From assembly GCF_009914755.1 (NCBI RefSeq), contig NC_060930.1: a stretch of DNA of 64,000 nucleotides; one strand, given 5' to 3'. The stretch is from the human T2T-CHM13v2.0 reference genome, Homo sapiens. The notes under the pieces are model-generated. The model saw only the letters and a list, made by a program, of their open reading frames with translations. It did no database searches and was not told the origin of the DNA. Shown here piece by piece: positions 39,479 to 52,977 of the stretch. The number at the start of each line of letters is the position of its first letter. Position 1 is the first letter of the stretch. Position numbers and translations under genes: made by a program.

Positions 39479-41929
39479 TTTACTGATTCAATTTCAGAGC
39501 TTATTATGGGTCTGTTCAGGTTTTCACTCTCTTCCTGGCTCAATCTTGGGAAGTTTGTGCAGTTCCAATATTTTCTTAATTTCCTCTAGATTTTCTAGTT
39601 TGTGTGTATAAAGGTGTTCATAATAGTCTCTGAGGATCTTTCATATTTTTGTGAGATCAGTTGTAATGTCATCTTTGTCATTTCTGATTGCCCTTCTTTG
39701 GAATTTCTCTTTTTTTTCTTTGTAAATCTAGCTAGCGTCTATCAATCTTGTTTATTTTTTCAAAGAACCAATTCTTAGTTTCTTTGCTCTTTTGTATGGA
39801 CTTTTTGGCCTCAATTTTGTTGAGTTTTACTTTCAGATTTTAGTTATTTCTTTTCTTCTGCTGGCTTTGGGGTTGATTTGCTCTTCTTTATCTAGTTTCT
39901 CTGGGTGCAATGTTAGATAATTAATTTGAAATCTTTCTAACTTCTGGATGAAAGTGTTTAGCACAATCAACTTTCTTAACACTGCTTTAGCTGCATCCCA
40001 AAGATTTTGGTAAGTTGTTTCTCCATTTTCACTAATTTCAAATAAATTTTTGATTCTTGCCTTAATTTCATTGTTCAACCAAGAGTTATTCAGGAGCAAT
40101 TTGTTTAGTTTCCATTTTTCCCCCCTTTTTGTGTAGTTTTGAGAGATCCTGGTATTGACTTCTATTTTTATTGCACTGTGGTAATTTTTTCAAGCTTATT
40201 GGGACTTGCTTTATGACCAAATGTCTGGTTAATCTTAGAATATGTTCCGTGTGTGGATGAGAAGAATGTATAGTCTGTGGTTCTTGCGTGGAGCATTCTG
40301 TAGATGTCTATTAGGTCCAGTGGGTCAGGCATTGAGTTAAAGTGCAGAATTTCTTTGTTAGTTTTCTTCCTCAATACTCTGTCTAACACTGTCAGTGGGG
40401 TGTTGAAGTCCCCTACTATTATTGTGTGGCTGTCATTTTGTAGGTCAAGAAGAACTTGTTTTATTAATTTGGGTGCTTCAATGTTGGGTGCATTTATATT
40501 TACAATAGTTAAGTCTTCTTATTGAATGAATTATTTATCATTATGTAATGCCCTTATTTGTACTTCCTAATGGTTGTTAGTTTAAAGACTGTTTTATCTG
40601 ATATGAGAATAGTGACTCCTGCTATTTTTTTTGTTTTGTTTTCTGTTTGCATGGTAGATCTTTGTCCATCCCTTTATTTTGAGCCTGTGGGTTAAATGTT
40701 GGACAATTTAAGATGCGTATTTGGATTCATATTTAATGTAAATGGAATTTTTAGGGTAAAAACATTTTTAGGGATTACAAAAAGGTAGACCCAGGCTTAA
40801 ATTGTGGATTTATCCTATAGGGCATTATTGAGCTAATTACTTAACTTCAGAGCATCCCAATATACTTCATGTAAAAAGAAAATTAAATGACAAGGCACAT
40901 ATTAACTGTCACAGTGCCTGACTTTTCTTCATTCGAGATTATTTATTAAGTGCCTACTACATCCCAAACACATGGTATATGATTAATAAGAGATGCTTTT
41001 TTTTCCTTTCCTTATTGGTAAGCACACACACAAAACATGCAATAGCAGCATGGCATTGTAAAGACTCAGAAATAGGCATGATCAATGATGCCCAGCAAGA
41101 CAGCACGTATTTGCCAATTAGATGGTTATAATTTCTTCTCTACCATACCACTTCCAGTCTTGTATATAGTTTTCCTTAATTAGACATCGGATTTAATAAT
41201 TTTAATACAGAAAATTTTCACTTCAGTTTAGTGAAGGAAACATATTTTATTAGTTTTATTAAAAAATATATTCTCTACATGGCATATAAACTGAAAAAAT
41301 CTATTTCTTGAAATCATGAAGCAATAAAATTAATATATTTTTAGAAAGTTTGATCAACTAACTAAGCTATATAAGACATTACTTTTTTTTCATTTTATAT
41401 GAAGACAGCTTAGGAACTAGAATTGTCTTACTTCTCAAATAAGATGTGAAATATAAAGATAAAGAATGTTTAAGGTCATGGTTTAGATTTACCCTTAAGC
41501 TTGTATCAATAATTAAGGTCTGAAAATCTTCCAGGCAACAATTCCTTTTGTTTTCAAAGGTTAATTGTGGGGTTTTCCTATGTAGTTCTAGCCTTTGAGT
41601 AAATATTCTGTTAGAAAATTAGTTAGCTAGCTCAATGTATCTGATTATTTGTGTCTGTTTGCTAGCTGTAAAAAAAAAATGCTTGGAAGTTCATCTGTAA
41701 TGTCTAGATACTTATAATGTGTCTATACTCTAGTTTTATGGTGACTTTTTACATGGTTTGTACCACACAAAAAAGTTACATGGCTCAACCAATGAGTTCC
41801 ACATTGTCTTTGTTTTTTTTTCAGGCTGACCTACTGCTTTGCCATCTCCTCATTTATATGTTAATTTTAAAATAAGATAATCAGTAATGATGATCAGTTG
41901 TAGTCATCTCTACAATTTTGTCAACACTT

Positions 41930-42075
41930 TTAGGTCTAGGCTAATATTGGTGTGCTATGATTTGGGTTGACCTTGGTCCACTCACTTCATGTGGTTAGGC
42001 TTTAGATTTCTCATCTGTAAAATAAGAAGTTAAGATGCCAGATCTTTTCCTGATTGAACTTCCAGTGGTTCTATT
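41930..42075 (+). mobile_element. MIR/MIR3 fragment
   Basis: TGACCTTGGTCCACTCACTT...TTTCTCATCTGTAAAAT core. Confidence 0.6.
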
Positions 42076-42546
42076 ACTGGAATTTCTGTGCTGGGCAATG
42101 TTGCTGCATTCATAGGTGCACTGTAGAGGTAAGTCTTCCCCCAGGGGATGCTTTGCATTTGGGCCCATTTTCAGGTAGTGACAAAATCAGTTACAGGGAC
42201 TAGTTTGGGAAACTCATTGGTTGTGACATGAGGGATAGCAGAATAGGTGCAAGTTTGTTCTGAAAGTTTGCCTTTGGCAACCTAGAAAACTGTAGAGTGT
42301 TTGGGATTATTTATGACCTACTTATGGGTAAGACTTGAGGAGCCAGGGCAAAGAAACAGAAACTGTCCCACAGAGGTCTTTTCTAGGGCCACACTGGCTT
42401 TGAACTACATACTTTAGGTTGCTAGTTAGATATTCAAGCTTAAATGATCTAATTTTGTCTCCATTTGTCAAAGTAGTGAAGGAAATGACTAGATTTTTAT
42501 TTTGCTACATTCTATATAAACATGTCTGTTTAACTCAAACTGGTAC

Positions 42547-42549
<3 letters not shown>

Positions 42550-42584
<35 letters not shown>

Positions 42585-42632
42585 TGTGGTGTGTGTGTGT
42601 GGTGTGGTGTGTGTGTGTGTGTCTGTGTGTGT
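42550..42632. repeat. Compound (TG)n microsatellite
   Basis: TG repeats with GTGGT interruptions. Confidence 0.95.
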
Positions 42633-42692
42633 ATTTAGTCAACACATTTTTGATGAGAAAATACTGTGTATCAGAAACTACCTTAGGTTGGT

Positions 42693-42773
42693 CATGGCAG
42701 AGAGACTCACACTAAATGGCAGAGAGACTCATTACCATGAGTCTCATTACCATGGCAGAGAGACTCATTACCA
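42693..42773. repeat. Short tandem repeats of ATGGCAGAGAGACTCA with an inverted segment
   Basis: Three direct copies plus the inverted ATGAGTCTC. Confidence 0.85.
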
Positions 42774-45700
42774 AAGGAGAGGTTGGCTCTTTCTTAGAAT
42801 CTGTATGTCTTATACTATAACAAAGAGAGAGATACCATTTCTGAAAATGCAGCTTTGAGGCCCCAAATGTATTAAATCTATAGAGTGCTGTCTCTGTGTT
42901 TCTATTTCTTATTTGTTTTCTTTATGAACAGGGCTGTTTTTAATGTTCAATTTGTAATTTCCTAAGCATTAGTACCCTAGTGTTATCATATTATGCAAAG
43001 GTAACCAAATTAGTAGACTGAGCATGTGATAGTGTGTATTGAAGACTCAATCACGCTGTTATTATCTTGTTCCCTTAACATGTAATTAGGAGAAATAAAA
43101 TGGTATCAAGAGATAATATTGTACAGTTTTAAAATACATGAATGCTGACTAGCCTCCTTTTCTTTAAAACCAAAATGCCCACAGAGCCTAAAGCTTCACA
43201 CAGAATGATCTGAAACAATGTTTGCCTTAGCAAGTGATAGTTTAATGTATATCATCTCTTAACTCTAGTTTTCTCCCACTTAGAACACACTTGCTTACTT
43301 AAATGTTAGCCACTTGTTTATGCCGATAACTACCTCATGGAAACAGCCTCTTCCATGAACTTTTTCCTGCCACCCACAGGCCATGAAATTGCACCTGTTT
43401 CCTGGTCATTGTAAACAATTGCTATCATGCTTATTGCTTTTTACTGGCCTTAAGAATTACTGGGATATCTATTGGCAACTCCTAGCAAATATTGTTCTAT
43501 ATACCTATATGTAGGTATATAGAAATATATATTACAAATGCATGTATTTCTAACTTGATAAATGGCATTGGCAATTTTGATCATTAAATCCCTATTGAAG
43601 ATAAGCCATGGGCAATATAGCTATAGCATACATAATTTGCACAAACATGATAAAAATAATTATATAGATATAATGCATAAAATATAAAAATATATGTATT
43701 TAAGATATAGATACTTAAAATATGCATATATTTAAGATATAAGACACAAGATTTGGACACATGAGATATGAATGTATCCAAATGGTTTTCAGTAAAATAG
43801 AAGTTAATTCTTCTATTACTGGGAAGTTAATTTGATGTATGCTAAGTAAAAGCAATTTAAAAACAAATTATAGGACTATTCACAATCTTTCATATGTAAT
43901 ATGTGCCATGGATATTTAAGATGATGATGCTAATCTTATTAAAAGGGGTAGGCCATCTCCAGTGAATATCTTGATTGAGGGACTGGAATTTGATAGGATA
44001 TGTTTCAGGAAACACCAAATATTCAGGAAATACTAAAGGGGTCAATTTCACAGTTTGCAGCTGAAGATACTGTGATAGTATGTCTGTCAATAATGTTCTA
44101 CTTCCTGGTCTTGAGTAACTGTTTTTACATCTTGATGTAGTCCCAGAAAACATCCAGCGTTAAGCAACTAACTTATTTAACAATTAATCATAATAATTGA
44201 AGAAGTTGTACAGTTCATTAAATCAAATATTTATTGACCTCTGAATAAATGTTCATACAAGGAGAAATATAAATGTAACCAATGTTCTCATAGCATTGAC
44301 TCCAGGGACTCTAAGGCAAAGAGCATTGTTAGAATATTTCTCCTGTTGTAACCTGAAGAAAGCAAATATGTTTGAAATTCTAGCCCCTTTCCAAGTATTA
44401 CCCACCCACCAACCCCCAAATACACACACAATTTTGAGAGTCCAGAGAATTAGTCCATATGTTTTACCCAACAATCTTTCAAATTACCTTATATAAAATA
44501 TCATCTTCCTCTTTTCTGATTCTGTTTAAATATTTCTGCTTCTCAGACCTCTTAATGTTTTGCAGGCTCTATGAATGTGATTTTCCATGGATTCTGGTAA
44601 TGAATAGTATTCAATGAGGATGAATGTGGGCTCATTATTACTCAAGTTACCATAGTTACCTGTCTGTCATTGGCACATACTCCCCTTGCAACAGAGCCCT
44701 GGGAGGTTACCCAACACCATATGGGTTACCAGGTTCCCATGTGTCCACAAGGTCTTGGCGGCAGGAGGTGTTACCATGGTGTGCTTAGTGAAGATGCTCC
44801 CATGTCAAAGGCATGTTTTCATACCATTGTGCCAAAATCTCAATGGCCTACAGTCATGCTTTGTTATTCAAATCCTTCAATATTCTAAACTCGTGTTCTC
44901 CCTCAACTACACTAAATGAATCCTTAAGCAGTATTCCCATGTGCTTCCAGTATCTTATGGGTAAAGTAGTCCTCTTTCAGTTTTCACTCTCAGGAGCTTC
45001 TCATTCTAGTTCTCAGGTCATGGGCACCAAGTTAGAGGACACATCTTAACAAGTGAGAGTGACAAATACAATGAATGTAACTCACTCCCATTCATCTTCT
45101 TTCATATGATTAGAGTCAAATCCCCCACACTCAACTCTTCTTCCAAAATCTTTCTTTTTTTGAAATAATTTACTTTTTAGTAGGTTCCTCAGGCTGTCAC
45201 ACACACTGATCATGAATAGGTATGCTCCACAAGTCTTTAAGAAAAATCCAGACAATCTGTATTCTGACACGATTAGAGTTGGAAAGAAAAATTTACTGAA
45301 ACATTAAATTACATGATCTCCCAGGACTTTTATTTTCCAATTGAGTTAAGTAGTGTGACCTATCTAGGGTAGGAATGTAGGGCAAAAGCAGAAGGTTATT
45401 GAAGATAGCTTGTTTTTCTGCCATTTGTGAATCTAAGTCAGTGAAGAAATTTTACTGAATATGTAGGGAAGGGGGGCAGATGCATTTGAAGAGAGAAAGG
45501 GTGGAAATAGACTGAGAAAGGTTTTTCCAACTAAAGGAAAAGATGGTGGTTTCTGAGATCTGTGAGGATTTGGGATTCAAGATCTACTTTCTTACAAAAC
45601 AAAATGGTGACTGGAATCTAGGAAAGAGCTACATTGAACCCTAGTGACTGGAGCTCCTAGTCATAGAAAAGCCTCCTATCCTACACAACATGGGGACTTG

Positions 45701-46559
45701 TAGATTTCAGAGCTGTGCAGGCATGGATAATGGTTTTCCAGGTGTAACTCGGATGGGTCAAGGACTGGAAGACACAAGTATTTGTCTTCCATCTAAAATC
45801 TCCATCTAAAACCTCTGAATGATTGGATGAACATGAGAGAAGAAGCCTCAATAATTACCACAGTTGAATTTTCCACCAGTCTGGATGGTGGGAGCTTAGA
45901 GTTTAATTTATTTAAAGAAAACAAAGATTCTGAGGTTAAGACTTGAGCCTGCAAGAACAACTTAATGAAGTTTAGAATGCAATCCGTAAACATTAAGGCA
46001 TTTAATTAGAATTTTTGGCTTCATGACACATTTGATGATTTTCAACACTGAGTCTACATCTTTTAACTGTGTAAGACGGTATACCTCAAATGTCAAAATG
46101 AGTGCAAACTATAAGCACTTCAAAATTCCAAAGCAGAGCATACATTTGATCATAAGTATGAGAGCAGCCCTCAGATGAAATAAATGACCTCTCTTGGGCC
46201 ATAAACAAGGGACAGGTATGGATAGCGGAGAAGAAAGGAGACTACTTCCAAGTAGTCAAACAGCATGAGCAAGACTGAAGGCAAAAAGAATCATGTTTTC
46301 AGGGAGAGTGTGGAGACCTGCCTAACAGAGGAAAAGCAGAGGATGGGGCAGCAGATTCACTAAGGAAATTGTTAGGACACAACTCTGAACCTTGGAATCT
46401 CAAGTTACACCATACCTCCCAAACCTACTTTACAGCAGACACCAATCAGTTCAGCATTTAAGTGAATTAAATGAGTGAGCTGCCAATTAAAATTCCCTTT
46501 TATATGTTGCTTTATAGAAAAAAAAGCTGTAATAAGTAATAAATATCAATGTATTTTCA

Positions 46560-46800
46560 AAGTAAATACTCTGTGCTAGGATTTGCACTGATGTTTACTT
46601 ATACTATATCCAATCCTTATTATAAACAGGCATAGGAGGTATTAGTGTCTTCATTTTACAGATGAGAAAACATGGACAAAGAAAGATTGAGTGCCTTGTT
46701 CAAATCAAATAGATTGAAAGTATTAAAGCTATGAGCTATGAATCCTTGGCAGAACAATCTCTGGCTAAAGCCTGGACATTTTACTTTAACAATACCACAT
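46560..46800 (-). mobile_element. MIR SINE
   Basis: CATTTTACAGATGAGAAAAC core. Confidence 0.7.
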
Positions 46801-47210
46801 TATCTCTCAGTTTTAAAATATTTTCATAACTTACCGACAATACAATAGATGGATTATTGTATTCTGGGAGAACATATAATGAAAATAATTAATTGAATGT
46901 AAATAAATAGATGGCTATTTCCTATTTTCTTTCAAATAGAATGTGATATTTGAGGAATTTTAATAATAAAATGAAATTAAGCTTTTGGTTGATTTAGAGC
47001 AATTCTATTGTCAGGTGGAAGATGCATAGAATTTACACAAACTACCAAAGCCAAACAAAGTAAGAGGAGAGTAAAATATGAAATAAGAAGAGCATAAAAT
47101 TTCACTATGCTGAGTCGCAGATTATTTTTTATTTAAATTAAAATTATTTAAAAAGGGCAGAATCAGTTATTTCTACAATGTGGATAACAGGAAAAATAAT
47201 AGAAAATGAA

Positions 47211-47785
47211 TGCAGTGGGTTGATTGATGGTCCCCCAAAAGATGTGTCCACCCACGAGCTATGAATGAGCCTTATTTGGGCACGTGACCTCATTTAGAAT
47301 AAAGAGTCTTTGCGAAAGTTAAGGATATCGAGATGATTATCCTGGATTAGAGTGAACCCTAAATCCAACAACAAGTGTACAAGAAGAGGAGGGGAGGGAC
47401 GAGAAGAGGAGGGGAGGGGAGGGGAGGGGAGGAGAGGAGAGAAGAGAAGAGGGAGGGGAAGGGAAGGGAAGGGAAGGGAATGGAAGGGAGGGGAGGGGAG
47501 AAGATGGGATTCAGAGGAGAAGGCCCTGTGATGGGGGCAGAGATTGCAGTGATGCTGCCACAAACTAAAGAATTCCTGGAGCCACCAGAAGCTGGAGGAG
47601 ACAAGGAAGAGATCCTCTCTCAGAGCCTCCAAAAGAAACCAATCCTGCCAGCACTTTGATTTTGGATTTCTGGCTCCACAACTGTGCGAGAATAAATTTC
47701 TGTTGTTTCAAGCCACCCAGTTTGTGGTATTTGTTATGGCAACTTTAACACATTTACAAACAAACAGCCCTAAGAAATAATTTAC
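47211..47785 (+). mobile_element. MLT1C/D MaLR solo LTR with an internal purine expansion
   Basis: TGGTCCCCCAAAAGATG...GCCACCAGAAGCTGGA...GAGAATAAATTTCTGTTGTTTCAAGCCACCCAGTTTGTGGT. Confidence 0.88.
47381..47503. repeat. (GGAGG)/(GGGAA)n polypurine tract
   Basis: Nearly pure G/A tract. Confidence 0.9.
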
Positions 47786-50249
47786 GACGACAATATGTGG
47801 TTTAAACCACAAGTGTATTACAGTTCAAAAAACTCTCTGTTCTACGTGGAATGACTCCAGTCTTTCGCCAGATAGTTTTCCCATGGACAAAAGAGGAAAA
47901 CCAAAAAACAAGAAATAGAATATATTTTCTAAAACTGTGAGTGGTATACTGGGATTGAGCCTCAGTCTGCTCCTAGAAAGTTTTCTAACTGAATTTTCTT
48001 AACAGCAAGAGTGGACACTTTGAGGAAGTACCAGAATTTTCTGGAATTTACTGTTTTCTGGTCATTAGAGAATTTCATCCATTTCATATGAAGCTTATTT
48101 TGAAAAACGAGTCATCATATGCTTGAAAGAACAAATGCATGTATTTATCCACCCACAAACTCAGAATTTAGGCTTCATTGGCTCTTACCTTTTCCTTAAC
48201 TTCAAACACAAATGCATTTAAGTGACTAGTGCACTCATGCACATGTGAAATGAAAGGCCGATGATTCAGTTATGATCACACACAAATGCCCCACAAATAA
48301 AGCATCTACTATAAATTTAATTAGTTATATGATTTATTTTGTTTTTATGAGACCAGTACTTTGTTATTTTTAAATCATAGAAACACTTGATTATGTAACC
48401 ACCATAAAAAAGAATCAGTATTCTCATAAATAATAGTGCCCACATTTAGAAACAGCAAATTAGCAAATTCTGGAGCTCATCTGTCAGTACCATATTTTCA
48501 GACTATATATCATTCTCATGGACACACAAATATTTTAATTATCCTCATCATTTATTGGGAAGTTTTCTCCCTTTTGATTTAAAACATAACACCTCTAGCA
48601 GCCTTCTAAAATTCAAACCCAAATAATACAGCATTGTATGGTCATGCGAAACAACTTTTACCTCCTCTTCCATCTACCCTTAGGCTTCAGAGATGCTTTC
48701 TGGCCACTGTTTGGATGCTCAAAGCCCACTCCATCTATGAAGCCTTCTGCTGTCATCCTGATCAGAAATCAGTGTTCTCTAAACATATTTTACTGTTATG
48801 TTACTTTCAAACAACTTACCACGTGCTGCTATGGGTTGCAGTGATTTACTGATGTTGTACTGCTCCTCTTTTTAGGTATAAGCGTCTTAAGTAGAGGTGG
48901 TATGTCACTTTCACTTGACATGTCACCTCCAATGACTGGCAGTCAATACCTGAGGTACCCTGTTGAGAAGGATCTGAAGGTGCTGTTCTGGCTCAGCAGG
49001 GGGAAAAAATACCCTGATCCAACAGGCATTTGCAATAGAAGTGAATGGTTTTGCTCTTTCTGTTCTTTAAGGTAGGCCCATAGTGCATTTATCTATTTCC
49101 AACAGTGCTTAGCACTGGGGTATATGTTTATTTCCTATAGGCCTCTAATTAGCTTCAACGTAAAAATCCCAAAGTCCACCAGAACTCTACACAAACCAGT
49201 CACACATGCCTGAGTTCTTGCTCCTGGAATTCTAGGACTGTTTTCCTTTAGTCTGCTTCAAACTTCCTTATTTTGGCTCCCTTCAGTCCCTGATTTGCTT
49301 AGCATTGCATTATGGTTTCTTTTCTTGATTTATAGTCTTTTGAATTAATAACCGGTTTCAGATTATTTATTATGAAAAAAACTACCAAGTAAATTCTTCT
49401 GTATTTCTCAAACTGTAATTTCAAGTACAGAAGCTGCCCACCCTCCCATCTGAGACATCTGTGACCCGGAGGAGTTTTCCACAGGCTGAGGCTGCAGCCA
49501 TCACCCATCATCCCCACAGATTCAGGCAGGAGGACGACTTGCACAAAAGAGGCTGTGCATGAATAGTGCTCGACAGATTTTTAAAAATCGGTTGATTTTT
49601 AAAAGTGTGTGTGTATTATGGGGACCTGTGTACCATAGATCCTTCTCCCGGCTTTTTGTGAAAAATGTGATACTTTATACTTGAGTTCTTAGATAAAATT
49701 AATAAAACATTGAATTATCAATCTGTCTTCACATTTTCAGTGAAATATTTGGTACTGAGGAAAAAAAAAAACAAAACTGAACTGACCCTGAAGTCTGTTT
49801 TGAATAACACTTAGGTATGTGGTTTCAAAAAACAATTTGACCTTCACAGGAATAAAAGGCCTTTTTTTTTCCTGCTTTTATGCTTCATTTGGATGATAGC
49901 AATTTTTTTTGTATAGCACAATGTCTTTTAAATACAATTTAACCAGCAAGTCAAAGAAAAAAGAACTCTTGTATACATTCAAGATGTTCATAATTTTAAA
50001 AAGGAGAATAGTGTTTTTTGTTTGTGTTATTTTTTACCTTTCCACAGGCCTTCATAAATGATGTTACAGATATATTGTGTTTGCCACCACCAGGACTTGT
50101 TGATTGAAAAGAAAATAATCCATTCATAAGCCTTAGGGTATTTTGTAGGGCACCATATGCTCTGGGATTGGGTATTAACACAGCATGGCAGGCTGCTATG
50201 TCTGTCAGTTTTTTGGAAGCTGTGGAAGTGAGGAGGATGGGAATAAGAG

Positions 50250-50251
<2 letters not shown>

Positions 50252-50280
<29 letters not shown>
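50252..50280. repeat. (CA)n microsatellite
   Basis: About 14 CA units. Confidence 0.95.
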
Positions 50281-50282
<2 letters not shown>

Positions 50283-50799
50283 ATTAGAAAGGCAGGGCAA
50301 TTCAGGTAGGTGTTATAGTTCCAACCAGGTTCATAACAGAAAAAGTTAGTTAAAGCAGGAAGGTATGGGGAGATTTAAAAAAACTTTACAAACTTTAAAG
50401 TTGAGGGTACTCAACTTCATCAAATGGAGACGGAGCACTAACAGTTTTATGGTATGTAGATAGACAAGAATTCTTGACTCCAGTAGGGTAGAGCTAAAGG
50501 TCAAGGTGCAGTGGTTCAGAACTCACAAACAATGAAGACACAACTTAGTTTTAGCCTAAGCCAAGAAATTCAGGCAAGAAAAACTCAGCATCCAGATTTT
50601 GTAGTTTGCAAAACAATCATGGCAACCAACAAGAGCAGGGAAGGGAATGAAGTTACACAGGAAGTAGGTCTCAGTCTCGCTTTATATGGCTATTGCTCAG
50701 CACAAGAATAGCAGCAGAGGCAGTGGAAGAGTCAACAACCCATTGCGGAGGCCATTCAGGGAGTGCTTGTGAGTCGCTTTCTCCCTAATTCCCTGACAG

Positions 50800-51010
50800 T
50801 AATGGGTAGGGCACAGGCTTTGGAGTCACACCTGTTGTAAAACTATTCAAGGTAATTAACCCTTTTGAATATCAGTGTCCTAAAATATAAATGGTGGCTA
50901 ATACCTGGTGTTATTGTGAATACTAATTGACACATTGTATGTAAAGTACTTAGCACATTGCCTGGTATATAATGAACCCCTAGAATAAGAACCCCTAAAT
51001 ATCTAAATAT
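50800..51010 (+). mobile_element. MIR SINE
   Basis: GGGCACAGGCTTTGGAGTCA...ATGTAAAGTACTTAGCACATTGCCTGG. Confidence 0.75.
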
Positions 51011-51014
51011 TATT

Positions 51015-51175
51015 ACTATTATAGATGGGAATTCTGAGGATCAGTGATTTTAGGTAACTTGCCCAAGTCACTGAAATAGTAAACAACTCAACACAAACCA
51101 GTCACACATGACTGGTCTCACAATCAGATTTGTCTAAATCCAAAGCTTCTACTTTTTCAACTAAATCACACTGGA
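51015..51175 (-). mobile_element. MIR fragment
   Basis: TATAGATGGGAATTCTGAGG..TAGGTAACTTGCCCAAGTCAC. Confidence 0.65.
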
Positions 51176-51282
51176 TGTAGGTATAATTCAGCCCAAATTC
51201 ACAATCAGATTTGTCTAAATCCAAAGCCTCTACCTTTTCAACTAGATCACACAGGATGTAGGTGTAATTCAGCCCAAATTCA
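51118..51282. repeat. 81-bp tandem duplication
   Basis: 51118-51198 vs 51199-51279, 5 mismatches; TCA microhomology. Confidence 0.95.
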
Positions 51283-51655
51283 GATGCTGTGGGGAAGAAT
51301 GAATTCATTCTTGGCAGTATCAGTAACATGGCTACTTTGTAATGATAAGTCAATTTCCCTAAACAAGAACTACTGTGGCTTCATGCCAAGGTGGGTAATA
51401 AAATTGTACTGTAATGTTTAAGTTTTGCTTGCTTTACATATTTGAGTGACTTTAAATAATCCCAGCAGCATTTGGTGCTATTACGAAAATAATATTATAT
51501 ATGCTTTGGATCCTATGCACAGACTACATACTTTTTTCAGGTTCACACCATGAAAGAAAGGTGAAGGGGCTATTTCAAACATCTTAAAGGCGCTTTTGTG
51601 GAAGTCAGGTCAAGACCTATCATTGGAGTTTCTTAACATTTTGTGTGTGTTAACA

Positions 51656-51666
51656 CATATATATGT

Positions 51667-51722
<56 letters not shown>

Positions 51723-51730
51723 TATATATA
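51656..51730. repeat. (TA)n microsatellite
   Basis: About 20 perfect TA units with degenerate flanks. Confidence 0.95.
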
Positions 51731-52565
51731 AAAAAACTGTCCTGTGAATTTCTCTCCTCACTTACTTAAACTTGCTATTTTTCTGACATAATGTGCCAGT
51801 CATACAAGGTGAATATGGAATATGAAGTTATACAGTGATGAGTGGGTGACACATTTCTCAAACTCTGCCCAAGACCCATTGCTATGTGTTTCTCTGGAGT
51901 TGGTATGAAATTAACAGTTTCCACCTGGAGCCTAATATATACCTATTTATTCAGGTACACATCACTCTAATAATCACTAAAGGAGTTTTTGGTGTAAAAC
52001 TCCAGCAAGACAGCAGATCCTGTGACTCTTTGGATGCTAACTTTGATTTATGAAGAGAGAAAAATAAGACAATACAAAAAAATGCTATGCTAGTCAGAAA
52101 CCAGTGAAGTGAGATCAAGAATAACACTTTGTTCTGATCAGTGGAAGGTCAGAACTAATCCTCTCTCTCACCCTCATTTTGAGACCATCAGAGTGCAGTT
52201 TTGCAGGGCAATGATGAATTGGGGGTTGTCTTAGCTTGCTAGGTGCTGTAGATCTCATTTACTTTATTTTACAAGTCATTTGGCACAATGGTACTAATGA
52301 CAATGAAATTGGATTCCTGCTACTTAAAAAGGCCTTCTACTTTGTGCATAAATACCTGAGCCCAGGCATTCAGTTGTCAGGGGAAGGCCATTATCCAGTT
52401 ACCACCTCTAGTTACAGTAACTTTAATTTGGTTTTTTAGTATTATAGTCAGTCCACACATAAGCAGGATGAGGCAAATATCTGTACAATACTTGCAACTA
52501 GTGCGAAAATTCTCTCTTTCCCCAGAATAGTATGTCCACTTGCATGTAACAGAATCTCAACTTTT

Positions 52566-52977
<412 letters not shown>

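Larger units (their letters stand above)
36016..40693 (-). mobile_element. 5'-truncated L1PA13-16-like element (3'UTR, ORF2 through the endonuclease region)
   Basis: 3'UTR text; ORF2 peptides ([52 protein letters not shown]); TSD ATGTTGG(G/A)CAATTT at ~36005-36018 and 40696-40709. Confidence 0.95.

Noticed and set aside
42693-42773. CRISPR-like repeat/spacer appearance
   Set aside because: Human DNA; spacers are tiny and irregular, and no cas genes are present.
44665-44850. Possible MITE with TGGCACA/TGTGCCA inverted ends
   Set aside because: The inverted match is too short and there is no TSD; family not recognised.
50038-50097. Possible minus-strand coding micro-exon (SWWWQTQYICNIIYEGLWK)
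   Set aside because: Weak splice sites and no recognisable protein similarity.
51102-51353. ORF with a repeated 27-aa unit
   Set aside because: Artefact of an 81-bp DNA duplication overlapping a MIR.
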